The notes under the pieces are model-generated. The model was not told where the DNA came from and ran no database searches. It saw only the letters and a program-made list of their open reading frames with translations. Below, in pieces: positions 27,363-45,681 of a stretch of DNA of 64,000 nucleotides. Each line of letters begins with the position of its first letter. Within the stretch, counting starts at the first letter, position 1. Source of the DNA: the human T2T-CHM13v2.0 reference genome, Homo sapiens; assembly GCF_009914755.1 (NCBI RefSeq), contig NC_060935.1; one strand, written 5' to 3'. The translations under genes and the position numbers were made by a program.

Positions 27363-27382
27363 TGTGTGTGTGTGTGTGTGTG
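27363..27382 (+). repeat. (TG)10 microsatellite
   Basis: Read directly from the sequence. Confidence 0.95.
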
Positions 27383-27816
27383 CACATTTATTCTCTAGAT
27401 TGTATTTGTAATAGATAAGTTAAATGCGTATTATATCACAAGTTATATTATTAAATAGAAATATTTTTATTAAAATTATTATATTTCTTCTTCCAAACTG
27501 TGTATGATTGTCACTATTAAAACTTCCTTTTGGGAAAAATGAAATCATTATATTTGAGGCAAAGCATATTTAGTATACTTTCTGGAATTATTTTTGTTGA
27601 ACAACTAGAGATGATAGTATTTAATGTCATCTTTAAGTAATCACAAACATGTACCAACTTATTAACAAAATGAATTTTAACTTTTTTTCCTTTCTTCCAT
27701 TTATCTGATGCCAAAATTATGGTATGTAGACACCTGCTATTTCTTTCTAATTTTATGTTAAACATATTATTTAAAAATCATTATATTACAATTAAATAAA
27801 ATTTTGCCTTTTCTAG

Positions 27817-27984
27817 GATCCTCAAACCATCCACTAGATTATGTGTTAGAAATTGTAGCATATGAGGCACGGCGCTTATTTCGTGACAAAATTGTTGGTG
27901 CAAAGGAACTTCATTTATTTGACATCATTTTAACATCAGTGTTTCAAGGAGATTGGGGCTCAGACATATTAGACAATATGTCAG
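27817..27984 (+). CDS. DYNC2H1: exon ~47 (168 nt), YEARRLFRDKIV
   Basis: ttctag acceptor; G|gtaagg donor. Confidence 0.95.
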
Positions 27985-28694
27985 GTAAGGTAATAGAGCT
28001 TATGCAAATACATAACTATTACAAGGATTTCAGAAATTTTTTCTTACCCAGAGCATGATTTTATAGGTCTAAACAAATAAAAACTTTGAATAATTTTAAT
28101 ATTATTTTTCCGTAAGGTACAGCTCAGTCTTTTTTGCTGGATTTCAGTAATCATGTTTCAATCAAAATATAATGGCAATTATTTTTTTCTTAGAAAAAAG
28201 TTCAGGCCATACTGTTTTACATTGGCAATGCAAGATTATTTTAATAAAAGTTTTTTTTTGAAAAACAGTTACATGTATATAAAACATGAAGATCATTGGG
28301 AAAATTCATATTTGATTGTCATGACCTTTTGCCTAAGAGCAATGGCTATTCTTATTCCTGTCACTACCTATAATGTCATTAGCATAGAACTTACATATGC
28401 TTGTTACCATCTTCATCTATTGTTATTGTAAAGAAAGCTTAACACCAGTCAAAGCTGCTGTGTTGCATTTGCAACTATTACTGCTTAATAACCAATCTGC
28501 ATTTTGAAAACTATCGTGGGAGTAATGTATGTAATATGAAAGTCATCCTTGTGAGAGGGCCTTTCATTAAAAGAAGATTGCAATATGGAAATATTTCCTA
28601 ATAAAACTGCTGTCAGGCCACAAAAGGTGCTTATTTTTTCAGAGGATAAAGCTAGGCTTCAAAAATATTTTATATAATAAATACATTTTATACA

Positions 28695-28735
28695 ATTACT
28701 TTTAATGGCAAAACCACAATTACTTCTGCACCAAC
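28695..28735. mobile_element. Half MADE1 (Hsmar1-derived MITE)
   Basis: attacttttaatggcaaaaccacaattacttctgcaccaac matches the spacer plus one MADE1 TIR. Confidence 0.8.
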
Positions 28736-29198
28736 ATATACATTTAGTATATTGTACATTTCTAGATTTGATATTGGTCTGAGATCCATGAGTACCTATC
28801 CTAAAGGGAACTTCGAGGGTGGGAAAGATGTTTAGATTGACAGAAAGAATTTTCTAGGTGCTCCTGAGTTTTTGAATCAGGAAATGGGTTCAAGAGAAAC
28901 TTCAAGAAGGATGAAATGCTGAGAGAAGCCTGATCATATTAATAGTTCAGAGTTTGCTTGACTTGGAGTGAGGGTTTATGTCATTATGACCTGTAGCTTG
29001 CATGGCTTAGTGTGGAGAAGCTTAGGTTCTTAAATGGTGCTATCTTTCTCAGTCTGAAAATTGAGTCAGTAGTGTCTCTTTTTGCAAAGAGTGGCATATC
29101 CTTTGGGCATAAGACAGTATTGGCACCTAATTGGGTGTCTGAATCCTCTGAAGAGTTTGGTATCTTTCACAGTCTCCTGTCTAAGACTCAATAAATAA

Positions 29199-29565
<367 letters not shown>

Positions 29566-29789
29566 AGATTTTCTTTTTTAAAAATACAGTTTTGACATAT
29601 ATTAGATCTAGGCATATAGGATTTTCACATATTGAAAGATAAGCTTATTAAGAAAAATTTAATCTTGGAGACATAAAAATAAACTAGATACATTCTTGTC
29701 CTTAAGAAGATTGTAATCTAATGACAGAAACAGATATAAAAATCTTTGCTTACAATGATAACTATTGCTAGTGTGGTTAGATGCCACAA

Positions 29790-31630
<1,841 letters not shown>

Positions 31631-33164
31631 GTAAGTGCTCAAACTGTGTTTTGAAGGATGAATATAGTAAGCGAAGGATATTCCAGACAAGGGAAAAACA
31701 ATGTGCAAAGAAACAGAGGCTTGAGAAAACTAGAGTATATAGTGCAGAGAGAGATAGAAGATTCAAACAATCAGTGAAGCCAGATTGTGGAGGGCCATCA
31801 TTAGGAGTTTGGTGTTTTGTTTTGTTTTAAGAAGTGGAAAGCTATATGGGATATTGCAGTGGTGTGGCACAATCAGGTTTTGTTTTTATATGTGTTATGC
31901 TAGTGGTAGTAAGGATGTACTTGAGGAGGCAGAAACTTATAGCAGGGATACAAGGTAAGAGCCTACTGCAATAGTCCAAGTGAGAAATGATGAGATGTGA
32001 GGATAATAGTTCAGTTTTGTACATGTGCTTTGAATGTTTGCAATCTTTCTTCATGTCTTTTGGAAATCTACATGGAGTTGATCATTTATGAGGGTAGGAA
32101 TCATGTTTGTCTTACTCAATACTTATCTCAGGCAGAAAGTACCTTGTTTAAACACAGGTGCTCAATAGGTAAGTATTGAGCCAATGAATGCATGAATTAT
32201 ATGTCTGTTAAGCAATTGGAAGTACAGGACTAGCCCAGAACATAGGAGTTTTGCCTAAAGATAAGTAGTAGGTGAGTTTTTGGTATATAAATTATTGATA
32301 ATTTAACTGACAAAAAAAGATTAAATGGTTCGGGGAGAATTTTGGAATTAAAAGACTAGAAGGCTGAAATTGGACCCCAGGGAGTATCAGTATATAAGGG
32401 ATAAAGCAGAAAACTGAAAAGGACTGGTAGTTGTGGCGTGATAAGTAGGGTCACATAGATGCAAGCACAAAAGAAGAGATGCACAAAGGTCATGTTGGGA
32501 TAATGATTGCAAAGAAGATTTAGATTTGGAGATTATGACTGTATTATTGTTCCCAAATAAGTTTTAGTATAGTAGCCTGTACAGATAGAAAATAATGTAA
32601 AAAATGTGATGGTGAAAGTAGGGAGAACATGACATAGCTTGGATCTAGGGAAGGTAAGGTTGTTTTTTTAGGGGAGTTTGGAACTGAGCATGTGACAAGG
32701 ATGCTTGGTGGAACAGTCTCCCAGAAGAGTTGGGAAGGAAAAAGTTCAATAGAATGATGAATAGACTTTCCTTGTATGGTAACAGGAACATTGCTATAGG
32801 TAGATTTAAGGGAAGTTTGGGGGATTTTTGTTTTCTAATTGAAATTTGGTCAGTTTTTTTTTTAAACATTAGGGCTCTTTTTGGTATTAATACATCTATG
32901 TCCTTTCTCAAGGAGAGTTTTGAGATTGTTTTATTTGCTAATTTTATGTGAACTATTTTTAATTTACAAATTTTATGTAGATTCTGAAATAGAAGGAGGA
33001 AAATGGGACAAACTGAGAATAGACAGTGGGGAGTAGTGGGAGAAAGGTAGAAGGAATCCAGTTCATTTCAGGAGAAAGAAGTGAGGGGGCAGAATATAGA
33101 CTAGTGGTGCCATCAGTCACTTTTCAGGTAGAGTTTGATATTGCAATTGAAGGTCTTTGTATTT

Positions 33165-33467
33165 CTTTTCTATTTATTTATTTTTTTGAGATAGATCTCA
33201 CTCTCTTGCCCAGGCTGGAGTGCGGTGGTGCAATCATGGCTCACGGCAGCCTTAAACTCCTGGGCTCAAGTGATCCTCTTGCCTTAGCTTCCCAAGTAGC
33301 TAGGACCACAGGTGCGTGCCACCACACCTGGCTAATTTTTAAATTTTTTATAGAGATGGAGTCTTGCTATGTTGCCTAAGCTGGCCTTGACCTCCTGAGC
33401 TGAAGTAATCCTCCTGCCTTGGCCTCCAAAAGTGCAGGTATTATAGGCGTGGGCCACCTTGCCTGGC
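33165..33467 (-). mobile_element. AluJ
   Basis: caatcatggctcacggcagccttaaactcctgggctcaag; TSD gtc(t/a)ttgtatttc. Confidence 0.9.
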
Positions 33468-33653
33468 TCAGTCATTGTATTTCACCTGATTTTATTGACC
33501 TTACAATGTACACTTTAAAGTATTTTGCCTTTGCCCTTCTGGAGATGATCTTATTTGGATTATTAACTTAAAAATGTTTTAGTAGGCAATGTATTTGTTG
33601 AACTCTCATTACGAGTAATGCATATAAAACAAAAATATCATTTATTTCCACAG

Positions 33654-33784
33654 ATAGTTTCTACGTTACATGGGGAGCTCGGCATAATTCAGGAGCAAGG
33701 GCAGCCCCAGGACAACCATTACCTCCACATGGAAAACCACTTGGAAAACTAAACTCTACTGATCTCAAGGATGTTATTAAAAAG
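33654..33784 (+). CDS. DYNC2H1: exon ~48 (131 nt), DSFYVTWGA...DVIKK
   Basis: ccacag acceptor; AAG|gtataa donor; phase 1-0. Confidence 0.92.
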
Positions 33785-34052
33785 GTATAATATGAATCAT
33801 TAATTGGAACTGGGATTTGGTCATTATAGTCTTTTAAAAATATTTATTGTAAATATTTAGAGGGCATGAATATGATAGATTGTAGAATAGGCAAAGCTGG
33901 TTCTTATCTTTTGGAATTTAGTCCATTGTGGCGGATGTAACGAGATGTGCCTGTACTTACATAGATATGTGTAAAATTGCTAAGATACATTTTGGGCAAA
34001 GGTATGTTGGAAATATTAATGAGGTTTAATATTAATCAGGAAATTACTCTGG

Positions 34053-34235
34053 AGCAGTGGTTGTCAAACTTTAGAGAGCATTAGAGTCATGTAGAGATTA
34101 GAAAATATGCAGATTCCTGGGTCTCATCCTCTTAAGTGTCAGATTCATTAGGTGACCCAGGTAGTCCAGATGTCTAAGAGGCTCCCAGATGATGTTGATG
34201 CTGCTGGTCCACTGAAACTTTGAGTGGTGCTATCC
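34053..34235. mobile_element. MER5A/B
   Basis: cagtggttgtcaaacttt..atgcagattcctggg..gatgctgctggtcc..actttgagt. Confidence 0.75.
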
Positions 34236-34948
34236 TAGAGAGTTTCTTTCTCTTTTAAAGTTTAGTTATAATCAAGAAGAAGAAACAGTATTGCAAATGA
34301 TTGCTTTAAAAATTAATATTTATATTGAATGTTAGTGTGGATTTTATATCAGGAAACATTTTTTCATGGTCTGGTAAACTGATTCGCCTGGAATGGATGT
34401 TGCAAAGTTTTGAAGCGTTGAAAGTTGTTAAATATGTAAAGTCTAATTTTCCTTTCTCCCTTCCTGCACTCTATCAGGTAGTCCCTGGCAGAGCATGGTA
34501 CCTGTGTTAGCTTTTGATTCATTCCCAAGCAATGCGAAAGAACAAACATTCACAAAAGATTTTTTAGGCACTAGATTTCTAGAGTTTGGGGATTTTTTTC
34601 ATGGTCTATGCACACTGATTCATGACAACTGATAAAATTTGAGCAATTTTAAAGTTTTATAATTAACCTGCTATCTCATGCTGCTTTTTATTAGTGTAGC
34701 AGTGACCAAAAGTAACTGATTTTCACGGACCCTTGAACTTGTTTGACATGAGTTTTTCCTTAGAGAATGCCAATATATTTATCCAGGATTACCAGACATA
34801 TAAAATATTGAGTGTGAGATGATATGTAGTCACTTTACTTTTTTTCTTGAATGTATCAAAAATATAATATTTTAACCTAGGTAAGTAACATTTTTATTAT
34901 GTAATTAGGGCTTATATTAATTATAAAATATTCTGATTTTTTTAAAAG

Positions 34949-35197
34949 GGTCTTATTCATTATGGACGAGATAACCAGAATTTAGACATTTTACTTTTCC
35001 ACGAAGTCTTGGAGTATATGTCTAGGATAGATAGAGTGCTGAGTTTCCCTGGAGGTTCACTTCTATTAGCAGGACGCAGTGGTGTAGGTCGTCGGACCAT
35101 CACTTCTTTAGTCAGTCACATGCATGGAGCGGTCCTGTTTTCTCCAAAGATTTCCAGAGGATATGAACTGAAGCAGTTCAAAAATGATCTCAAACAT
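34949..35197 (+). CDS. DYNC2H1: exon ~49 (249 nt), AAA4 P-loop GRSGVGRR
   Basis: taaaag acceptor; CAT|gtgagt donor. Confidence 0.95.
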
Positions 35198-35766
35198 GTG
35201 AGTTGCCCACTCTCTTTTGCTTTATTTGGTTTTAAATTACATTGGTTATTACTCTAAACATCTTTAAAGACCTAAAGGTTTAAAGAACTAAAGTTTTAAA
35301 GAACATCTTTAAAGAACTAAAGTTCTCTGTTATACAATGTAGTCTTTATTTTAATTTAGATTATTTTTTCCATGATTATTAGAAAATTACATTTTTATCT
35401 ATAGACAGGAAAGAGAATACTATTAGAATTTCTAGGAAGCAGATACTCCAGGTCATGGGATGTTAGACAGACATGAATGGTAAACAGAAGGATGGAATTT
35501 ACATAGGAAATATATGAGTAGAGATAAAAATGATCTACTTGTTTTAATTTTAATGGCCTAGCTGTAAAATAATTAGTATTTACTTAGGGGTTGGATTTAC
35601 TTTCCAAATTATGTGGCTAAAGTTTGATTTTTAATTATTAAAATGGAAATAAATGAATAAATAAACACATGATACTGGCATACTTTACATACAAATACAA
35701 AATGTTAATTTTTAACTGTACCAAAAATACTTAAAGGGCACTAAAAAATATTTTCTGATTTTGCAG

Positions 35767-35875
35767 GTGCTGCAACTTGCAGGAATTGAAGCACAACAGG
35801 TAGTTTTACTTCTTGAGGATTACCAGTTTGTACATCCTACATTTTTGGAGATGATCAATAGCCTTTTGTCTTCAG
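35767..35875 (+). CDS. DYNC2H1: exon ~50 (109 nt), VLQLAGIE...INSLLSS; GC donor
   Basis: ttgcag acceptor; only CAG|gcaagt restores the conserved LLSSGEVPGLY motif with the next exon. Confidence 0.93.
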
Positions 35876-36470
35876 GCAAGTGAACAGTTTCTTTTCGAAG
35901 AAAATAAAAATAATGGCATAAAAATTATCCAAGTAAAATTATCTTGTGCAAAATTTATTTGTTTTGGAGAACTTTTGGCATAGTTCTTACTTAGGAGACA
36001 TGGTGTTAAACATGCTCATGGCAGGAGAATTGAGAGACTCCATTTTTATAAAACCAATAATTTAAGACATATAAAAATTGTTAATATTGAGTATTGGTGA
36101 ATATTCAGAAAAATTGACTTTTACATATACTTTTGCTGGGTTATTATCTGTTATAACCTTTGGGAAAATTATCATCTAGGACTTATTAAAAGCTGTGCCA
36201 TACTCTTTGATGTACCATTCTATTATCTGTAGGAATTTAACCCACAGAAATAAAAGAAGTAGTATGTAAGAAAATAGGTAGTATAATTTATAATCACAAA
36301 CATTTGATAGAACCTTCCTATCAGTAGTGGCATGGCTGTATAACTATATAATAGTATGGCCTTAGTATGGATATATGAATATACATATACTCCAGATATA
36401 TGAAATTCCACATAATGCTACACATTAGTGCCCACATTTCATGTGTCTGGAATATAGTTGCATTCATTAA

Positions 36471-36847
<377 letters not shown>

Positions 36848-37164
36848 AGTAATCTTGTTTTTTAAAAGAAGAAATTAAAATTATTTTTAAGGAAAAAAGG
36901 AACTTATATGTACTTTATGCATCTGTATAATAGAAAAATACCACTTGAAAGAGGACTATCTTAATACAAATACTCTCTAGAAATTTATGGCTAAGTGGGC
37001 TCTCTATGTATCTGGAATTCTATGGATTGTAGAGATATTTATTGTTTTATGTTTTCAAGATTTCTATGGTTTGAAAATCATTACTTGCATTTTGCCTCTG
37101 AGATAAGTTCGAGTCTTGTTTTTCCTCTGAGATATAACATGAAGCACTGTCCATTTATATTCCT

Positions 37165-37360
37165 CAGCATTTCTCACCCCTAATTGCACGTTAGAATCAC
37201 TAGGATAATTAAAAACAACAACAACAACAACAACTAAAAACGAATTCTTTGCTACTACCCTAAATCCATTGAATTAAAATCTCTGGGGTATGGTGGGAGT
37301 ATCATTTGGCTATTGTGACTCCCTAATTGAGTCTCTGCAACCTGAACTAAGAACTGTTGC
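37165..37360. mobile_element. MER5-family fossil containing (CAA)n
   Basis: tgcacgttagaatcact..aaaatctctgggg..actaagaactgttgct. Confidence 0.55.
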
Positions 37361-39386
37361 TACTCTTCTCCTGTGGCTCTGTCCCCAGCAAACTGTGGTA
37401 CTCTCCTGCTGTCTGTGGTGTTACCTGACCTTTTTGGTGTCTTCCTGGGGAGGACACTTGCGAATTCCTATATTTCTTCCTTTTTTTTGAAGAATTTATG
37501 AAGTTTGTTAGAATATTTCTATGAGTAATCACTGTTAGTGATTGGGAGGAAGTAGCTTAGTTTTAAACTTGGATCAAGAGTGTTTTGTTATTTAAGTACA
37601 AAATAAACCTTAAAAACTAGTTTCAATTGTATGGGTGGTATCACTGTGGGGATCAAAGGACAAAGTTATATGAACTCATTTTCAACTCAGTTTTCAATAA
37701 ATACTTGCTTTGTATCATGCTAGTGCTCTGAGGAGAAATTTTCTTCAGAATTTAACAGCTTTGGTTAAATAATACGTAATATTTAAACATTAGTGCCCAG
37801 ATGAGAAATACAGACCAGGATGCTCTAATTAGACAAGTGGTAGATCCATTTCTGTTAAAAAGTTGAGGGATAATGGCTTAGTGAAAGTAGTAGTACTTGA
37901 GTGGACTTAGAGCGTTCCATCTTTTGATATTTAAGGAATACATTCCTGCGTATTGCTTCAGTTGTCACTAGATGGAGACATTGTTCATTTTGGCTGATGA
38001 GACCAGAAACACAGATTTTTTTTTTTTTTTTTTTTTGGAAAGCAAACATTCAGATAAGCACTAACCTAATAATCATTATTTTAAGACAAATTGGTCTTTA
38101 TTATCAAGATATAATCGTAAAAATGAGAAGTCAAATCTTGGCATTTTATTTTCAGAGGAGGTATTCAGTAGGTTTGGTTTCTTTTTTCTATTTCAAATTC
38201 TTATTCCCTAATGTGTATAATATATAGATAGAGCTGACATTTTTTGCTAAATTTAAGGAATCAAAAATATCTTGGTATGTCTAAAATTTGAAGAAAAACA
38301 TATACAGATTTATGTGTGCATGTGTTCAAGTATGTACAAGCTTGTGGGGTGGGGGTGGTCTGGTGCCTCTTAGTTGAACCTAAAGAAAAGTAGGGATCAG
38401 ACTGTGATGGGCCTTATATGAATGCATTATTTTGGATGTGTAGCAAAGGACTTTTCACTTAATGTTATAGTTTCTTGTGAATTGTAAACATATTGGCTTA
38501 ACAAATATTTATTAAATGCCTCTTATATGCAGGACCAAGTTTTAAATACTGTTACAATTTGTAGAAGTGAACAAGATGTGCTCCAGGCCCTCTATCTTTA
38601 AGTCTGTCTTTAAGACTAAAGTTGTAGTCTTAATCAACTTTGATTTGCCTTTCATCATTCTATTCATCATCATGATTTGGCCTGCATAGTAGCAGGCCAT
38701 GGACCAGTTCTTCTGATTTCTAGTACAAGTTCATCTTTTCATTCATTCATTTATGTAAAACATATTTTTGTTCTAGATACTTAGGTAAGAATATTCTAGG
38801 GTTAAATGTTGAACATTGTCAAATATTTGTCCTCAGAAATTTAAAGTCTAATTGGAGATAAGAAGGAAGTAATTCATTATTAAATGATGTGATAAGTGCT
38901 AAAAAGTGATATATTTGAATAGTATGTGAAAGAGAAAGAGTGTTTAATCAGCATATGGGCAGTCAAGAAAGGCTTATGGGCATAGCAGTTAGGGAAGTAG
39001 CATCTTGAAGGATAAGAATTTATTGGGTATCAAGATAAGGGGCAGAGGATGACTGTAAGTATACATTCCAAGAAGAGAGAATATTTTGTTGTGTTTATGG
39101 AACACAAGTTTATTGAGGCTAGAGTACAAGGTCTTATGGAGGAAGATGGAAAAATAACCAGTAAAGGTAGACAGATGGCTAGTGTATGACTATTTTGAGT
39201 GGTTTGCTTAGGTGTTTGAATTTTATCAAATGAGGGCTATAGATAAAGATTTGTGAGTCAAGTAGAGGTAATAAAGTTTGTATATTTTTGGAAATAAAGA
39301 TTGAATAAGAGCAGATTTTTAAATACAAAAATTGAAAAAGCATTATTTATTAAAATGTTTTCAATTAGTCTAATATTTTTCTGTAG

Positions 39387-39500
39387 GTGAAGTTCCTGGA
39401 CTCTATACTCTTGAAGAATTAGAGCCCTTGCTGTTACCACTTAAGGATCAAGCTTCACAAGATGGTTTTTTTGGACCAGTCTTCAATTACTTCACATATA
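39387..39500 (+). CDS. DYNC2H1: exon ~51 (114 nt), GEVPGLYTLEEL...FNYFTY
   Basis: ctgtag acceptor; A|gtaagt donor. Confidence 0.95.
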
Positions 39501-39670
39501 GTAAGTGACATAGAATTCATTAATCAAATCAAACTGGTTTGTATGAAATATATATCATTTAATTTGCCTTATTTTGTCATTAGATTGCAAAGGTATCTTA
39601 AATCTTTTTTCTGGAGCTTTTAGAAAGTAACACATAACTAGTGGATAGGCTAGCCTATAATAAAAACACC

Positions 39671-40040
39671 TGTATTAGTCTGTTTTTCCACTACTGATAA
39701 AGACTTACCTGACACTGAGCAATTTACAAAAGAAAGAGGTTTATTGGACTCACAGTTCCCACATGGCTGGGGAGGCCTCACAATCATGGTGGAAGGGAAG
39801 GAGGAGCAAGTCATATTTTACATGGATGGCAGCAAGCAAAGGAGGGCTTGTGCAGAAAAACTCCTGTTTTTAAAACCATGAGATCTCATGAGAGCCATTC
39901 ACTATCATGAGAATAGCATGGGAAATACCTGCCCCGCTCCATGATTCAATCATGTCCCACCAGGTTCCTCCCGCAACACGTGGGGATTATGGGAGCTACA
40001 AAATGAGATTTGGGTAGGGACACAGAGCCAAACCATATCA
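39671..40040 (-). mobile_element. THE1 (THE1A-like) ERVL-MaLR solo LTR
   Basis: TG...CA ends; the reverse strand starts tgatatggtttggctctgtgtccc; 5-bp TSD acacc/atacc. Confidence 0.92.
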
Positions 40041-40545
40041 ATACCTTAGCAAAATTTTAGCAAACAGGAATGATGAAAGTATGGTAATGTTCTTTGGAAT
40101 ATTTACCTTGCCTCCTTTGTTTCATGTGGTGAAATTAGTGCTGCTTTAGTACCTCCTGTCTTAAAGAACTATTGAACCATTTAGATTGTGCCAGACTTCA
40201 TAGTTTTAAAAAACTAGCCTTTTATTCATATAGAAACAGTTTTATATGCACTGTAGAAATCCAAAATTGAAATAAGTAAAAAATGAGGCAATAATCACAC
40301 CACCCAGACATTATGACACTTACATTTTTCATGGACATTTTTCTGAGTCTTTTTTCTTAACATGCACATACACAAATTTATAAGTGTTCTTTTAACTAAA
40401 ATAAAAATCATAACATAATATTGTTTTATATTGTGCTCGTTTTAAGAAACAACTCCTACTATTTCATTTGAGAAAATTTTGATCTCTTTAACCCAGACCA
40501 CGTATAGATTGCCTGATTGTATTATTATTCTTATATATTTCTTAG

Positions 40546-40688
40546 GAATTCAGCAAAACTTGCATATTGTCTTGATAATGGATTCTGCAAATTCAAACTT
40601 CATGATAAACTGTGAGAGTAATCCAGCTTTGCATAAGAAATGCCAGGTGTTGTGGATGGAGGGTTGGTCCAATAGCAGTATGAAGAAA
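40546..40688 (+). CDS. DYNC2H1: exon ~52 (143 nt), RIQQNLHIVLIMD...SSMKK
   Basis: tcttag acceptor; AAA|gtaagt donor. Confidence 0.95.
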
Positions 40689-41334
40689 GTAAGTTTAACA
40701 AATATTAAAAAATTTAAAAGCACATTTTATTTTTGAAGTTATTGATTTTCACAACTTCTCTTTGGTGTTGGTTATAACATCACCTTAATTATGGCACCAA
40801 ACATCTCTTATGTTTGGAAATGTCTGTTTTCTTCGTACTCTTGCATCATAATTTAGTTGAATGTAGAATTTTAGATTGAGGATCATGTTCTTAATTAAGG
40901 ACCCCAGAGACAACTATACTTTAAAATTTTATGGCTTTAATTAACTAGCCTATTACAGGCTGTCCTAGATTTTTAAAAAATCATAGCAAGTATTTAACAA
41001 TTAAAGAATTTTTAAATCCTTAAAAAATATCATCACTATGCTGTGTGTTTGGAGGGGGATGAGTTAAATTGTGAACTCATAACACTATCTTAACTGGAAG
41101 CCTCTTATTTTACCTCATTTGAATAAGTAATAATTTCAACATTGTTTGTTTAAATGATATTCATATTCTCAATCACTAATTTCTTTATTTTTCTATAAGA
41201 GAAGTATAGTTTAATGCCTGCCATGATTCAGAGTAAGGAGTGTAATTTGAGATAAAAGACATGGTTTACAGATGAGGTAATATTTTAGTTACTGAAAGAT
41301 ATTTTAGCTTGAGGAGGCCACGTGAATAAGAGGC

Positions 41335-44400
<3,066 letters not shown>

Positions 44401-45596
44401 GGGTTGATAGGATCCATCAGTTTTGGATATGTTAATGTATGAAAATGTTAATATATGTTATATATTATGTTATGAATATGTTAATATATGAAATATATGA
44501 GAATATGTAATAGATGAAAATAAAGCAAATTAATAGGCTTACTATGCCCATTCAACTCTTTAAAAAGTACCATTTTTACTTCAAGGGAAGGAACAGGGGC
44601 AAATCAGGCCAGCAGACTTTGCTAATGTAGGATATTGTTTGAGGATAGACCATTTTAAAGAAAACGAGTTCCCAAAGAAACAAATTAACGTTGATTTAAA
44701 AATATAAGTTTAAAATATTCTCGCATAGGTTTAAGTGTTTTGTCAGAAATCAGTGAAGGCATACTCTCTGTCACAAGAATTATGGTACGTTCGAACTCTG
44801 CATTAATGAAGACATCTTTTGGCTTACATTTTTTTTTCAGTCTGAGAAATTTAAAAAATGATTTTTTGACCTAATTAGCAAGATCACTTGTGTTTTCTTC
44901 TTGCTGGTAACTTCAGCTCTATCAGGTGAAAGAAATTGAAGCTATTTGGCTTAATTTAAAATTTCAAAATTGTTACTTTAATTTTTTTTCAGGACACTAA
45001 ACTTTCTTTTGTATATTCTAAAGTAGCATTCTTATAAGGTTATCTTTACTTTAATAATAATGATATCTGCTTATGAAACTGTATTTGCTTATTTACAGTA
45101 GTGGCAAAATTCCAGTCACAGTGAGAATATACTTTTTAGAATGATCAGTTATGAAATTATTGATTATAAAATTATTTTTATTTAATTTTAGTTTTTATTT
45201 GAAAAAGCTAAGAATCCTTGCTACCCCACTGTGTCATGAAGGCATTTTACTAGTTTTATGCCAAATAAAATATTTTTATTATTGTATGTTTTTAAATGAC
45301 ATTGTGATTATTTTCTAATTCAATCCAAATTGTAATTTCCTTTACTTCATATAGTCTCACCATTTCAAGTGAGCTTTTCCCAGTGTGCCATTGCAATCAG
45401 TTAATGGTTGATGTGTGTCAAAATGTTGTCTTGGAAATCATTTCTTCTAAAGATTTCTGTATTATTTTTGTCTCTTAGTCTGGAATGAATCCTAGAAGAA
45501 AAGTACAATCAATACTGACTTTTTTTGTATTAAAGGTTTTTAACTTATGATATGGGACTTATACTCTTTCATAGTGATATTCTTTTTATGTTTTAG

Positions 45597-45681
45597 ATAC
45601 CTGAAATGTTATTCAGTGAAACAGGTGGTGGAGAAAAATACAATGATAAAAAACGAAAAGAAGAAAAGAAAAAAAATTCAG
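45597..45681 (+). CDS. DYNC2H1: exon ~53 (85 nt), IPEMLFSETGGGEKYNDKKRKEEKKKNS
   Basis: ttttag acceptor; G|gtagta donor; supplies the required phase 0-to-1 shift. Confidence 0.9.

Noticed and set aside
44425-44520. TATGTTAAT/TATGAA low-complexity repeat
   Set aside because: It is a degenerate AT-rich simple repeat without stable periodicity.
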